64,000 nt of DNA from an uncultured Pseudomonadota bacterium (GCA_963736005.1 CAVTNB010000002.1:1-64000); one strand, 5' to 3'. Numbered from the stretch's first letter, positions 1-10,124 are shown. Made by a program: numbers and translations. Notes: generated by a model from the sequence alone, not told the origin.

Positions 1-806
1 TTGACCAAAATGTTCGCGCTCGTCAGGCCTCCGGATGGACTTGTAAACGTTACGTTTGATTGGAACTTCTGCGCCTGATACGTCGGTCCAGCCGGCGTTT
101 GCACCGGTACAAAGGTTGCGATGAAATTGTCGAGCGTGAGGTGCACGTTTGCCGGGGCGACGGCAACCGTTTCGCCTTTGAAAATAACAATCTGGCCCGA
201 AAAGCCACGCAGCCAGCCGAGAAAAACGCCGAAGGCGATAACCGTGAAACCCAAGTGCGCGACCAGCACCCCGTAACGCGCCCATTTCTGCTTGTCACCG
301 AACAACCAGTGCGCGCCGTCGATGATTTGGCTGCGGAGCGTGAAGCCTTTGGAACGCAAGTATGCCGCAACGGCATCATTCGCGCCTGCTGTTGCGCTCG
401 CAGCGTTCATGGTCGCGTGCAGGCCAAAGTTGCGAATGGGAACGGCGCGATCTTTTGGAAAGCGCTTCGGGATGACGCGGCGGAAGGTGCACACCGACAT
501 CGAGAGCAGCAATAAGATCACGAGCGAAATATACGGCACTGAGTGGAAAACGTTCGTAAGGTGAAGACGAACAATCGCGTTGGCGATGGGCATTGGATAA
601 AAATCGTAGTAGTGCTGCTCCGGTTGATTTTGATCGACGATCGTGCCGATCGTGGTGGCGACGGCCCAGAGGAGGAAGACGACCACCGGAAACATGACGT
701 TGCTGAGCAAATTGAGGATCTCTTCGAGCAAAGGCTGGCTCGAAGAAGTCTTCGTCGGACTCGGCTTTTGGCGTGGTTGCAGAGCGTGTGCGGGAGCGGA
801 ACTCAC
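1..806 (-). CDS. resB: Cytochrome c biogenesis protein ResB/Ccs1 (partial, runs off window start)
   Basis: Manual minus-strand translation from GTG 806, not in the ORF track: ...VVFLLWAVATTIGTIVDQNQP...RLHLTNVFHSVPYISLVILLLLSMSVCTFRR...KWARYGVLVAHLGF. This TM and His pattern is typical of ResB/CcsB. Confidence 0.8.
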   Translation of the reverse strand, partial: MSSAPAHALQPRQKPSPTKTSSSQPLLEEILNLLSNVMFPVVVFLLWAVATTIGTIVDQNQPEQHYYDFYPMPIANAIVRLHLTNVFHSVPYISLVILLLLSMSVCTFRRVIPKRFPKDRAVPIRNFGLHATMNAASATAGANDAVAAYLRSKGFTLRSQIIDGAHWLFGDKQKWARYGVLVAHLGFTVIAFGVFLGWLRGFSGQIVIFKGETVAVAPANVHLTLDNFIATFVPVQTPAGPTYQAQKFQSNVTFTSPSGGLTSANILV

Positions 807-876
807 CAGTTCGGCCTTCTCGCCGCCAAAAAGGCTCTCCTACGCCGAGGGCGACTCCCGCGACATCGCGAGCGGT

Positions 877-1650
877 TTAGCGCGGTGAGATCTTTGGCTG
901 AGTAAAACGCACTACCACCACGCTTAAGGCATACAGCACGAGCAGCGGAGCGGCCAACAGCGTCATCGTCAGCGGATTGCCATCCGGCGCCGCAATGGCT
1001 GCAAGGATAACGATAATCATCGTTGCGTAGCGCCACTGTTTGGCAAGCATGCGCGCATTGACCAAACCGACGCTTGCCAGAATTGAAAGCACGATTGGGA
1101 GCTGAAACATGACCGCGAACACGGCTAAGAGGACCGTAATGAAACCGATGGTCGGCTCCAACTGATACGTGCCAACCAAACCTGAAGCTGCCGTCAATCG
1201 GAGCAGCGCCCGCATGACCAGTGGCAGCACAAAGAATCCGCAAAACGCAATGCCAAGGCCAGACATCGCAAAACTCGGGAGTGCGTACCACACGATGCGG
1301 GTGCGGACGCGACGATCGAGAGCTGGCGCGACGAATGCGTACGCTTGCACGAGGATGATAGGAAACGCAACCACGAGACCAACGAGCAGCGAAAGCTTGA
1401 GGTAGACGCGGATGATCTCGGTCGGCGAAAAGACGTGAAGGGTGATACCGTGCAAGAAGTCGCTCTCGACAAAGGTCAGGACCCAGCCATTGAGCATGAA
1501 GGGAAGCGCGACGATGGAAATGATGGCGATGGACGCGATCGAGATGAGCAGCCGGGTGCGCAGCTCCGCCAGATGCTCGGTGAAGGTCATCTCGACGTCG
1601 TCGGAGGCTGGTCGTGCCGCAGCCGGCACCTCAGCCGTTTGCGTCGACAT
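877..1650 (-). CDS. tatC: Twin-arginine translocase subunit TatC
   Basis: MTFTEHLAELRTRL, FSPTE, FQLP, APDG motifs; multiple TM helices; adjacent to tatA. Confidence 0.95.
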   Translation of the reverse strand: MSTQTAEVPAAARPASDDVEMTFTEHLAELRTRLLISIASIAIISIVALPFMLNGWVLTFVESDFLHGITLHVFSPTEIIRVYLKLSLLVGLVVAFPIILVQAYAFVAPALDRRVRTRIVWYALPSFAMSGLGIAFCGFFVLPLVMRALLRLTAASGLVGTYQLEPTIGFITVLLAVFAVMFQLPIVLSILASVGLVNARMLAKQWRYATMIIVILAAIAAPDGNPLTMTLLAAPLLVLYALSVVVVRFTQPKISPR

Positions 1651-1668
1651 CGATCCGGACGAAGTCCT

Positions 1669-1905
1669 TTAAGACTGCGCGGCGGGGGGTGGCGGTGCCG
1701 GTGGGGTTTGCGGTGCGCTCGTGTCAGCGGGGGGAGCGGCTGGAGGTTGCGCGGACTGCCCGCGTTGCGCCGCCTCGAATTCCTTTTTTGCTTCGCCCAT
1801 CGAGCGCGCGAGTTTTGGAATTCGGTCTGCACCAAACAATAAGATAGCAATGCCCACGACGATGGCAATCTCCGGACCTGTGATAATCGCGAAAATCGGG
1901 CTCAT
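1669..1905 (-). CDS. tatA: Twin-arginine translocase TatA/TatE subunit
   Basis: GPEIAIVVGIAILLFGADRIPKLARSMG...EF signature followed by a Pro-rich tail. Confidence 0.93.
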   Translation of the reverse strand: MSPIFAIITGPEIAIVVGIAILLFGADRIPKLARSMGEAKKEFEAAQRGQSAQPPAAPPADTSAPQTPPAPPPPAAQS

Positions 1906-1970
1906 GAAGGATGGAGCTCCTTTCGGCTTCTTTCTCGTGTATCGGCGGATTCCGACGCTGCCATGCCGAT

Positions 1971-2981
1971 TTAGGATGAGTATTCGCTAAGCGTGTGCGT
2001 CAGCGCTTGTAGTTCGGCGGTTGCTTCCGAGGCGGGAAGTTGGTCGAGTGCGGCTCGCGCGTGCTGCTCGAACTGTGCCGCAACACGCTTGGTTTGCGCC
2101 ACCGCAATGCTCGCGCGCAGGTACGCAATGAGCGTGCTCAGCGCCGCGCGCGCACCCTCGGCGTCATCCCGACCATCGTAAGCGAAGAACCGGGCAGCGC
2201 ACTCGCGCACGGCCGCGTCGCCGGACTCCAATGCCGCGATGAGCGGAAGCGTTACCTTGTGCTCGCGCAGATCAGACCCGGCCGGCTTGCCGATCGCGGC
2301 TTCGCTGGCAATGACATCAAGCAAGTCGTCTCGCACCTGGAAGGCCATGCCGAAGGCCCAGCCATACGCGCGCAACGCTTTGACGACCGGATGCTCCCGC
2401 ATGTGGGGACCGACTTTTCCAGTCGTGCGCTGCAGTGCGACGATGGAGCCTACTTCAGCACAGGATGCGAAAAGCTCGGCCGTCTTCTTTCCAATGATTT
2501 CGAAATACTGATCGCGGCTAAGCGCGAGGTTCCCCGTGGCGCGAAGCTGTTTGACTTCGCCGTTACAAATCTCCGACAGCATCGTCGCGAGAATCGTCGG
2601 CACCGGATTCTCGTATCCTTGGGTGATCTTCTTAAAAACCCAAGCGAAGAGATAATCCCCCGCGAGCACGGAAAACCGGTTGCCGTGGACCCTATTGGTC
2701 GAATCGCGACCACGCCGGAGATTCGCGTTGTCGACGACGTCATCGTGAATGAGCGTCGCAACATGAATGAGCTCCATATAGGATGCGAGGATTGGGTCGG
2801 GAGCGATGTCATCACTTGTGGATCGGGCGGCAAGCATCGTCATGCGAGGACGCAGCTCTTTGCCTCCTGCGTCGAGCATTGCCCAAACCGCGCCCGCAAT
2901 CTGCGCGTTCTCGTGCGAGAGCTCTTCCCGGACGAACTGTTCGACGACGCCGCGAATGGCGCTCTGCGCTCCGATAATCAT
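1971..2981 (-). CDS. Polyprenyl diphosphate synthase (HepT/IspB-like)
   Basis: GGKELRP, LIHDDVVD..RRG (FARM), GKKTA, FQVRDDLLD (SARM). Confidence 0.92.
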   Translation of the reverse strand: MIIGAQSAIRGVVEQFVREELSHENAQIAGAVWAMLDAGGKELRPRMTMLAARSTSDDIAPDPILASYMELIHVATLIHDDVVDNANLRRGRDSTNRVHGNRFSVLAGDYLFAWVFKKITQGYENPVPTILATMLSEICNGEVKQLRATGNLALSRDQYFEIIGKKTAELFASCAEVGSIVALQRTTGKVGPHMREHPVVKALRAYGWAFGMAFQVRDDLLDVIASEAAIGKPAGSDLREHKVTLPLIAALESGDAAVRECAARFFAYDGRDDAEGARAALSTLIAYLRASIAVAQTKRVAAQFEQHARAALDQLPASEATAELQALTHTLSEYSS

Positions 2982-3711
2982 GTGCTCGACGTCGCATATT
3001 GCGGCACGATCGCGGACGCACGCGCACCTTCGGTCGCTCCGAGGTGCAGGTTTGCAACGCCCCCGAAAAGCGGCACGCAGCGGACATGGCCGAAGCCGTT
3101 TTCCTTAAAGAGCGTGGCGAGGGTTCGCGCGTCAGGAAAGTTGATGAGCGATTGGGGCAGATACCGGTAGGCCGCGCGGTCGCCGCCAACCAAGCCTCCT
3201 ACAAAAGGGATCACGCCATAGAAATACGCATAAAACGCGCGCCGCAATAAGCCGTTGTCCGGTTTTCCAACTTCAAGGTTGACAAACAGTCCGCCGGGTT
3301 TTAAGACTCGGGTGATCTCGCGCAGGCACGCGGCGATGTCGGTAACGTTGCGCATGGAAAACGCCATAGCTGCAGCATCGAAGGTTCGATCTGCAAACGG
3401 CAGCGAAAGCGCATCCGCCCGCTCGTAGGTGATGTTTCGTGGTTTGTCATGCGTGCGCGCGACCGCGAGCATATTTTCGCTGAAGTCGATGCCGAAACGT
3501 GACCGTCCTGGGCTGCCCGCGCGAGCTCGCGCGTGAGCGCGCCCGTTCCGCAGCAGAGATCGAGCACTCGAGCGTCGATTGGCAACGCAAGGCTTGCGAC
3601 GGCCTGCTTGCGCCAGAGCGCATCGGTGCCGCCCGTCATCACGCTATTTGCAAGATCGTACCGCCTCGCGATCTTGTCAAACATGTCGCGAACCGCGCTG
3701 CCTTTATCCAT
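2978..3711 (-). CDS. menG: Demethylmenaquinone methyltransferase MenG/UbiE, frameshifted near 3490
   Basis: N-half VRDMFDKIARRYDLAN...LDLCCGTG (3301..3711). C-half DALSLPF...MRNV...RVLKPGG...AYRYL (2978..3472). Confidence 0.88.
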
Positions 3712-3818
3712 GTGCGTTTGGCTGGCTTCGAACGCCTGAAAACGCTTTCCTGGAATCGTGCGCCGCAGGTGCGACGTTGCTCTTGACGCTGCGGCACTTT
3801 GGCGTGAGCTTCTACGAC

Positions 3819-4733
3819 ATGGATCAGCTGCAAATTGCGGTCGGCAGCGCGGCTCGCACGGTGCTCTGCGATGCCTTTGCCCATGCCCGTTCGAGCATCG
3901 ATGCCGAGTTCTTTAGTATCTCCGATCCGTCAATTATCGCAAGTCTCAACGATGCAGCGGCGCGCAAGGTTCACGTGCGTCTCCATGTTGAGGCGCATCC
4001 GGACCGCTACCAAAAGCGTAGTGGTCGGGCTCAGGCAGCCGACCATGTCAAATCGAGCAAGTCGATCGCCGAAACGCTCCGTCGTGAGTTTGCAAGCGAC
4101 GTCGATATCGTGCTGGAGGATCATCCGGACGAGCTCATGCACGCCAAGGCGGCAGTGGTTGATGAAACGACCGCCTATGTCTCGACTGCAAACCCAACGT
4201 GGTCCAGCTTCGCCAATCCAGGCGAAGCCGTTGTAACCGATGCGCTGGCTTCCGATGTCAAAGCCGTGCAGGCCGCAATCGAGCACCAGCCGCGACCTTC
4301 TTCTCAGTACGTCGTCATCGGGCCATCGCAAACTCTGCGAGAGCAGGTCATGGAATTGTTTCATTCCCAACACGACCTGCGCATCGCCTCCGAGGATCTT
4401 TCCGATCGGTTGGTGGTCGACCAGCTCTTGGAACGCCAAGCGCTCGGACATCACGATCGCATTTTAGTTGGCGACCGCTCGAGTGCGGCGCAAAAGCGAT
4501 CCGTCACGTGGTTACGGCACGCCGGCGTGCAAGTGCGATCGATAGCTTCCGGTTACATGCATGAGAAGTATGTTGACACAGGGGACGAGCTGTATGTCGG
4601 CTCGGCCAACCTCACCCGCAACGGATTGGATGAGGCCCATGAAGTTGGCGTGGTCGCGCCGACTGCAGCATTGCCAGGGGGAGCGCAAACCCTGCGCGAC
4701 GATTTCGATGCGAACTGGTCGCGCGCCGTGTAG
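3819..4733 (+). CDS. Phospholipase D-like (two HKD motifs) protein
   Basis: HAKAAVVD..STAN and HEKYVDTGD..VGSANL..EVG motifs; probable start ATG 3819. Confidence 0.8.
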   Translation: MDQLQIAVGSAARTVLCDAFAHARSSIDAEFFSISDPSIIASLNDAAARKVHVRLHVEAHPDRYQKRSGRAQAADHVKSSKSIAETLRREFASDVDIVLEDHPDELMHAKAAVVDETTAYVSTANPTWSSFANPGEAVVTDALASDVKAVQAAIEHQPRPSSQYVVIGPSQTLREQVMELFHSQHDLRIASEDLSDRLVVDQLLERQALGHHDRILVGDRSSAAQKRSVTWLRHAGVQVRSIASGYMHEKYVDTGDELYVGSANLTRNGLDEAHEVGVVAPTAALPGGAQTLRDDFDANWSRAV

Positions 4734-4829
4734 TCGCGCGAATTTATTCGCGCGTGCGCTCGTGATGTAGTCGCGCGAATTTATTCGCGCGTGCGCCCGT
4801 GATGTAGTCGCGCGAATTTATTCGCGCGA
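4729..4829 (+). repeat. Tandem REP-like palindromes, 3 copies with 37-bp period: TGTAGTCGCGCGAATTTATTCGCGCG
   Basis: Copies start at 4729, 4766 and 4803. Each is GTAG followed by the stem CGCGCGAAT-TT-ATTCGCGCG, lying between convergent genes. Confidence 0.88.
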
Positions 4830-5609
4830 GCGCAACGTCAGCTTCGGGAACAGCTTTTCCGCATTTGCCGTCGTCGCCGCCGCGACCTCATCTGGAGTGG
4901 TTGCGCGAAGAGCGGCCACGGCTTCACAGGTGAGCCTCATGTATGCTGGCTCGTTTCTCTTGCCTCGATAGGGAACCGGCGCCATATACGGGCAGTCGGT
5001 TTCGAGCACAAGGCGGTCGAGCGGCAATCGCGCGACCGCATCTTGCAAATCGGTCGCCTTGCGGAACGTGACCGCTCCACCAATTCCCAAAAACACGTCG
5101 CACTCATCGATAAACTTTTTTGCAATATCGTAGGACTCGGTAAAGCAGTGAATCACACAGGGTGAGGCAGGCTTCCGATGCGCGCGCAACAGCGTCATGA
5201 CGTCCTCAGTCGCCTCGCGGCAATGGATGATGACCGGCAGGCTGCGCGCCCCGGCAAGTTCCAACTGGGTCGCAAATATCTCGCGTTGCACGTCGCGAGG
5301 CGAAAAGTCGTAGTGGTAGTCGAGACCCATCTCACCCGCGGCAACCACTCGCGGATCATCAAGCATTGGGCCAAGCCAAGCCAGATCTCCAGCATCTTTA
5401 GCTAGGTGCGGATGGACCCCGACAGCCGGCGCTATCTGCGGAAACCTCGCGCTGAGCCCAAGTGTTGCGAAGCTTGTTGCCCTATCCTGACCAGCGGAAA
5501 CCATGCGTCGGACGCCCGCCTCGGTGGCCCGTTGCATTGCCGCTTCCAGGTCGTTTTGGTATTCTGAACCGTCTAAGTGCGCGTGCGTATCGACAAGGGC
5601 GAGCGTCAC
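4818..5609 (-). CDS. tatD: TatD family hydrolase/DNase
   Basis: DTHAHLD, GVHPH, GEMGLDY, IHCRE, IHCF, LETDCPY..P.RGKRNEP. Confidence 0.95.
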   Translation of the reverse strand: MTLALVDTHAHLDGSEYQNDLEAAMQRATEAGVRRMVSAGQDRATSFATLGLSARFPQIAPAVGVHPHLAKDAGDLAWLGPMLDDPRVVAAGEMGLDYHYDFSPRDVQREIFATQLELAGARSLPVIIHCREATEDVMTLLRAHRKPASPCVIHCFTESYDIAKKFIDECDVFLGIGGAVTFRKATDLQDAVARLPLDRLVLETDCPYMAPVPYRGKRNEPAYMRLTCEAVAALRATTPDEVAAATTANAEKLFPKLTLRSRE

Positions 5610-7144
5610 GCAACCCCTGTCTCGCGATCGAGCCTCGGGAAAAGCGCCGGGGGCACGCTCGTTTTAGTGTCTGGTGCGAGCCCTCCCCAGCGCAACGTCT
5701 TTTCCCATGGCTCGCCCGGAACGCCGGTTTGGCCGAGCGCGTCCCAGACCGCTTCGCTGGAGTTGGGCATAAACGGGTACACCATCGCCGCGATCCAGCG
5801 TACACCCTCGCACAAATTGTAGAGCGTCTCATCGAGCGCGGCAGCATCGCCCTCTTTGGCGGCCGTCCATGGCTTGGACTGTTCGACGTAGAGATTGAGC
5901 GACGTCACGCGATCCCAGATGGCCGTCAGCGCGCCGCGAAAATCGATTTGAAGCAGGGCATCCTTCGCGGCCTGTGCTGCGTTCTCGAACTCAACGTTCA
6001 ATTCGTCGCCCGCGGTCTTTGCTGGCACTCTGCCGTTGCGGTAACGGGCGAGCATCGAGAGCACGCGCTGCACCAGATTCCCGAAGTCATTCGCAAGTTC
6101 TGCATTATACCGTCGCAAGAGCGACTCTTCGCTAAAACTGAAATCGACGCCGAAGGGTGCCTGGGCAAAAAGCACGTACCGCACCCCATCGACCGTGTAG
6201 CGTTCGATGAGGTCAGACGGCCGGATGATGTTGCCAACGCTCTTGCTGATCTTCTGACCCTCCATGGTTATCCAGCCGTTGGCGTACACGAGTTTTGGCA
6301 ACGGGAGGTCAAGCGCGATCAGGATTGCCGGCCAAATGATCGTGTGAAAACGCAAAATTTCTTTCCCGATGAGCTGTACGTCGGCAGGCCACAAGCGCTC
6401 GAAGCGCGGCATGTCGTGCGGGTAGCCTGCCGCCGTGATGTAGTTGCAGATGGCGTCGAACCAGACGTAGATCGTCTTTGACTCGCCCGGTATGGGGATG
6501 CCCCATGTCACGGCCGCCCGAGAGACGCACAAGTCTTCGAGGCCGCCGCGCAAGAGCGATGCCATCTCATTCCAAGCGCTCGCCGGACGCACCCACTCGG
6601 GAAATGCATTGAAGTGATCGACCAGGATATCGCGGTATTGCGAAAGTCTAAAGAACCAGGCATCTTCGGAAACCCATTCGACTTCGCGGCGGCACTCGGG
6701 ATTCGGGCAGCGGCCATCGATGAGCTTGCTCTCTGGCCAAAACGTCTCATCGTTGCGGCAGTACCAGCCCTCGTATTTTCCGGGAACGATGTCACCTTGG
6801 TCGCGCAACTTGAGAAAAATGTGTTGCACGGCCGCTTCATGCTCCGGGTCGGTGGTTCGAATGAATTGATCGTACGAAATATCCAGCTCGCGCCAAGCGC
6901 TTTTCCAGCGTTCGACGATTTCATCGGCGAATTGCTTCGGTGCCTTTCCGGCGGCGGCAGCGGCATCAGCCACCTTGGGACCGTGTTCGTCGGTCCCCGT
7001 CAGAAAGTGCGCTTTGCCGTTCCCGGTGACGCGGTGAAAGCGAGCAAGAATGTCGGCCGCGATCGTGCTATACGCGTGACCGATGTGCGGCGTGCTATTG
7101 GTGTAATACAAGGGTGTTGTCAGATAAAAAGTGTCTTTTGCCAT
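5606..7144 (-). CDS. metG: Methionine--tRNA ligase
   Basis: YLTTPLYY..PHIGH, TGTDEHG, zinc knuckle, YVWFDA, KISKS. Confidence 0.97.
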   Translation of the reverse strand: MAKDTFYLTTPLYYTNSTPHIGHAYSTIAADILARFHRVTGNGKAHFLTGTDEHGPKVADAAAAAGKAPKQFADEIVERWKSAWRELDISYDQFIRTTDPEHEAAVQHIFLKLRDQGDIVPGKYEGWYCRNDETFWPESKLIDGRCPNPECRREVEWVSEDAWFFRLSQYRDILVDHFNAFPEWVRPASAWNEMASLLRGGLEDLCVSRAAVTWGIPIPGESKTIYVWFDAICNYITAAGYPHDMPRFERLWPADVQLIGKEILRFHTIIWPAILIALDLPLPKLVYANGWITMEGQKISKSVGNIIRPSDLIERYTVDGVRYVLFAQAPFGVDFSFSEESLLRRYNAELANDFGNLVQRVLSMLARYRNGRVPAKTAGDELNVEFENAAQAAKDALLQIDFRGALTAIWDRVTSLNLYVEQSKPWTAAKEGDAAALDETLYNLCEGVRWIAAMVYPFMPNSSEAVWDALGQTGVPGEPWEKTLRWGGLAPDTKTSVPPALFPRLDRETGVA

Positions 7145-7222
7145 GCAATTTATATTTTGTTTGGAGTCCCAAGGGAAGCCTGCTTAGGAACACGACGTCG
7201 TCGCGCCAATTCGTTCGTGCGT

Positions 7223-8053
7223 CTACGTGCGGCCGCGTTTGAGCGCGAGTCGATAGAGTTCGTTGCGCGAGGCCCCCGTTGCAAGCCGAATCGCTTGTGC
7301 GGCATCTCTGGCGCTGACGCCAGACTGGCGCAGGAATGCAAGCGCCGCCTCAAGGTTGCCCGTTCTTGCAACTGGCAGCTCTTTTTGGCCCTCGAGCACG
7401 AGCGTAAATTCCCCGCGGGGCGGGGACGCGAGCTGCAACGCTACTTCACTCGCCGTGCCCAGCAGATGCTCTTCAAACTTCTTGGTATACTCGCGCACGA
7501 CGAAGACGCGCCGCTCCGGCAGAACTGCGGCTACCGCGCGCAAGAGATCGAGAACCCTCGTTGGCGCCTCGAACCAGACAACCGCGGCTCGTTCGCTGAC
7601 AAGCCGCTCGAGGTACCCGCGCAGCTCGCCGGGCTTTCGTGGGGGAAAGCCATCGAAGCGAAAGTTCCCTTCGTCAAATCCGGAGAGCACGACAGCAGAC
7701 GGCACTGCACTCGGCCCAGGCAATACCTCAACCGGAGCGGCAAGCTTGCGGGCTTCGCGCACGAGCTCGACCCCTGGATCGGAAATGCCTGGCATGCCAG
7801 CATCGCTGACCACCACGACCGTCTTGCCGCTGCTCAGCAGCGCCTGTAGTTCGCGCAACCTCGCGCGCGCCGTTCGTTCGTGGAACGAGCGCAATGGTGT
7901 GTGAATGTCGTAGTGGCGAAGCAAGGTCTTCGTGACGCGGGTGTCCTCGGCAAAAATGACATCGCTTTCGCGCAAGACGCGCAAGCTGCGCAGTGTGACG
8001 TCTTCAAGATTACCAAGCGGCGTCGGACAGATGACGAGTTTACCGGTCATCAT
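7223..8053 (-). CDS. rsmI: 16S rRNA (cytidine1402-2'-O)-methyltransferase
   Basis: PTPLGNLEDVTLR, AEDTR, SDAGMPGISDPG, REYTKKFEE, RGEF; conserved rsmI-metG-tatD order. Confidence 0.95.
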   Translation of the reverse strand: MMTGKLVICPTPLGNLEDVTLRSLRVLRESDVIFAEDTRVTKTLLRHYDIHTPLRSFHERTARARLRELQALLSSGKTVVVVSDAGMPGISDPGVELVREARKLAAPVEVLPGPSAVPSAVVLSGFDEGNFRFDGFPPRKPGELRGYLERLVSERAAVVWFEAPTRVLDLLRAVAAVLPERRVFVVREYTKKFEEHLLGTASEVALQLASPPRGEFTLVLEGQKELPVARTGNLEAALAFLRQSGVSARDAAQAIRLATGASRNELYRLALKRGRT

Positions 8054-8451
8054 TGGGTTGGGAAGGTGCGAAGATCCGGCTCCACCCACTGCGTTCTGGC
8101 TTCTTCTGAAAAAAGCCGTTCCCCACTGTAAAAGCTTCGCAAAAGGTTCTTATCGAGCAGCTTGCCATTCATCGACACAAAGTCGTCAAACGCTTCGAGC
8201 GGATGACTGCGCTCGTGAAAGGCGACAAGCTTCACCCACGCGATCGTCAGCGTCTTGTGAAATTTAACTCCATGCCCATGGTGCGCTGCAAAACGCACAA
8301 TGGTGGTTTCCATTGCTGCGATGGCATCATGCGGTCCGTACTTTTTGACGTACAGCCATGCAGCTCTAACGTGGTCGCGATGTCGAAATTGATGGTTGGG
8401 CAGGGTGCAGGTTTCGAGAGCGCCCAGGAAGGCCCGATCATTGTCGGTCAT
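8050..8451 (-). CDS. Conserved hypothetical protein (FxHxxH...FHxTLT...YS..L...A...WVEPDL type)
   Basis: 133-aa ORF with overlapping start/stop codons with both neighbours; His-rich motifs. Confidence 0.7.
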   Translation of the reverse strand: MTDNDRAFLGALETCTLPNHQFRHRDHVRAAWLYVKKYGPHDAIAAMETTIVRFAAHHGHGVKFHKTLTIAWVKLVAFHERSHPLEAFDDFVSMNGKLLDKNLLRSFYSGERLFSEEARTQWVEPDLRTFPTQ

Positions 8452-9959
8452 ACAGAGGGGCGTTCGTGGGCGACGCGGTCAAACTCATCTATGTGCGTGG
8501 CGTCCGGTGCCGCGGAAAACAGGCTCGTGCTGATGCATGCGACGACATTGACGATGAGAGCCACAAATCCAACATTGAGCCCGGCCAACGCCGAGAGCTT
8601 GAGGACGGCACTGACGGCGAGCAAGGCCATGCCCGCGAGAATGCCGACCCCTACGCCCCAAGCCGTTGTTCGACGCCAGGCAAAGGCGAGAACCGCGCCC
8701 GGGAAAAATTGGGCAATGCCATTGTAGGCAATGAGCAGCAGATCGACAAGCGTCCTTTTTTCGCTCGCCCAAAACCACAGCGCGAGGCCGGCGACGACGA
8801 GGACCAAGATGCGCGTCGCACGCGTGCGTTCGCGATCGGTCGTGGCAATCGAAAGCCAATCGCCCATCACGTTCTTCACCACAATGCTCGAAGCGGCGAG
8901 CAGCTGGCTTGAGGCTGGAATGAGCGCGGCCAGGCAACCGGCTGCCGCTAAGAATCCGAGCGTCCAGGCCGGATAGTGTTGCTGGACGACCAGCATGAAC
9001 GATTGATCGGCAGCGGCTCCCTGCAATCCGGGGGAAATCAGGAGTGCCGTGAAGCCCGCAAAGAACACGAGCAGCAGCATGACATTGTAGAGCGGCATGA
9101 AGATCGCATTGCGTCTCAACGTGCGGTCGCTGTTCGCGGAATATGCGGCCGCCATGGATTGCGGCCACACCCAAAACCCGCACGCCGTGAGCAACACCGT
9201 TGAGACGAACCATCGCGTCCCAAGGACACTGCTGCCAGGCGACAGCGTCATCCAGTGAGGATGGGTGGCTACGACTTTTGTGATGACAGTCGCGGGTGAA
9301 CCAAAGAAGTGGATCGGAAGGACGACTCCAACAAAGAGGACGGCGAGCAGAACGAGCCCGTCCTTTGCGACACTTGCCCAGGCAAGCCCGCGTAAGCCGG
9401 CGGTGTACACGAAGAACGCAGTCAGCATGAACGCGATCCCCACCGACCACGTTGCACTAAAGACTCCGTAGCCAGCCAGGCCCAAAAGAATTTGTAAACC
9501 GGTCAACTGGAGCGTCACGTACGGGACCAGAAAGAAAAACCCCAGAAGCGCAACGATGACACCGAGTCCTTTGCTTTGGTAGCGCTTGGCGAAAAAATCC
9601 GGGCCGGTCAGCAAACCATAATGTTTGGCAATTCGCCACATCGGAGGAAGCAGAAAATAGGAAATGATATACGCCAGCGGACCATAGCAGAGAATGTAAA
9701 ATGCTGGGGCGCCTTTGCCATAGGCCCAGCCGGCTGCCCCAAGAAACGTAAAGCTAGTGTAGATCTCCCCGGCCATCAAGAGCCAAAGAAACAGCACGCC
9801 AAATGACCGACCGCCCACAATGTATTGCTCAGGGTTCATGACGACGCCGCGTGCGCTCAAGCTGCCGAGCACGATCACCGCGAGAATCACGACCCCCACA
9901 ATGGTCAGCGCGATGATTGCGGGCGTCATGTTCGCGGCTCCAAGCGATATGCCCACCAC
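8448..9959 (-). CDS. Sodium:solute symporter family protein (MctP/YhjB-like monocarboxylate permease)
   Basis: YIVGGRSFG...LMAGEIYTSFTFLGAAGWAY; many TM helices; paired with a DUF3311-like small ORF. Confidence 0.88.
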   Translation of the reverse strand: MVGISLGAANMTPAIIALTIVGVVILAVIVLGSLSARGVVMNPEQYIVGGRSFGVLFLWLLMAGEIYTSFTFLGAAGWAYGKGAPAFYILCYGPLAYIISYFLLPPMWRIAKHYGLLTGPDFFAKRYQSKGLGVIVALLGFFFLVPYVTLQLTGLQILLGLAGYGVFSATWSVGIAFMLTAFFVYTAGLRGLAWASVAKDGLVLLAVLFVGVVLPIHFFGSPATVITKVVATHPHWMTLSPGSSVLGTRWFVSTVLLTACGFWVWPQSMAAAYSANSDRTLRRNAIFMPLYNVMLLLVFFAGFTALLISPGLQGAAADQSFMLVVQQHYPAWTLGFLAAAGCLAALIPASSQLLAASSIVVKNVMGDWLSIATTDRERTRATRILVLVVAGLALWFWASEKRTLVDLLLIAYNGIAQFFPGAVLAFAWRRTTAWGVGVGILAGMALLAVSAVLKLSALAGLNVGFVALIVNVVACISTSLFSAAPDATHIDEFDRVAHERPSV

Positions 9960-10117
9960 AAGAAAACCGGGGTGAGCAGCATCCAGACCACGATCCAGGC
10001 AAGCAGAAACGGAAGTCCGAGGATGTGTGGCTCCGAGCGATTGACCAACGGGATCGCAACAGAAAGAGCAACAAACGGGACGAACGCGACGAGCACCGAG
10101 GCAATGCGACGCTGCAT
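9926..10117 (-). CDS. DUF3311-like small membrane protein (partner of the symporter)
   Basis: VPFVAL..IPLVNRSEPHILGLPFLLAWIVVW. Confidence 0.8.
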   Translation of the reverse strand: MQRRIASVLVAFVPFVALSVAIPLVNRSEPHILGLPFLLAWIVVWMLLTPVFLWWAYRLEPRT

Positions 10118-10124
10118 GCCAGCC

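Noticed and set aside
2040..3170. Long + strand ORF (376 aa), and similar shadow ORFs such as 5462..6481, 6614..7849, 39311..40111 and 49485..50558
   Set aside because: They are antisense to well-supported genes and lack recognisable motifs, as is typical of GC-rich shadow ORFs.
3480..3500. Programmed frameshifting in menG, leuS, mmsA or the peptide-binding protein
   Set aside because: I noticed no consistent slippery sites, and these genes are not known to be recoded. Assembly indels are more parsimonious.
4729..4829. Possible CRISPR array
   Set aside because: Inter-repeat segments are only 11 bp and nearly identical, and no cas genes are present. A REP-like tandem fits better.
7145..7222. 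T-box or SAM riboswitch upstream of metG
   Set aside because: The region is only about 78 bp and lacks the consensus motifs.
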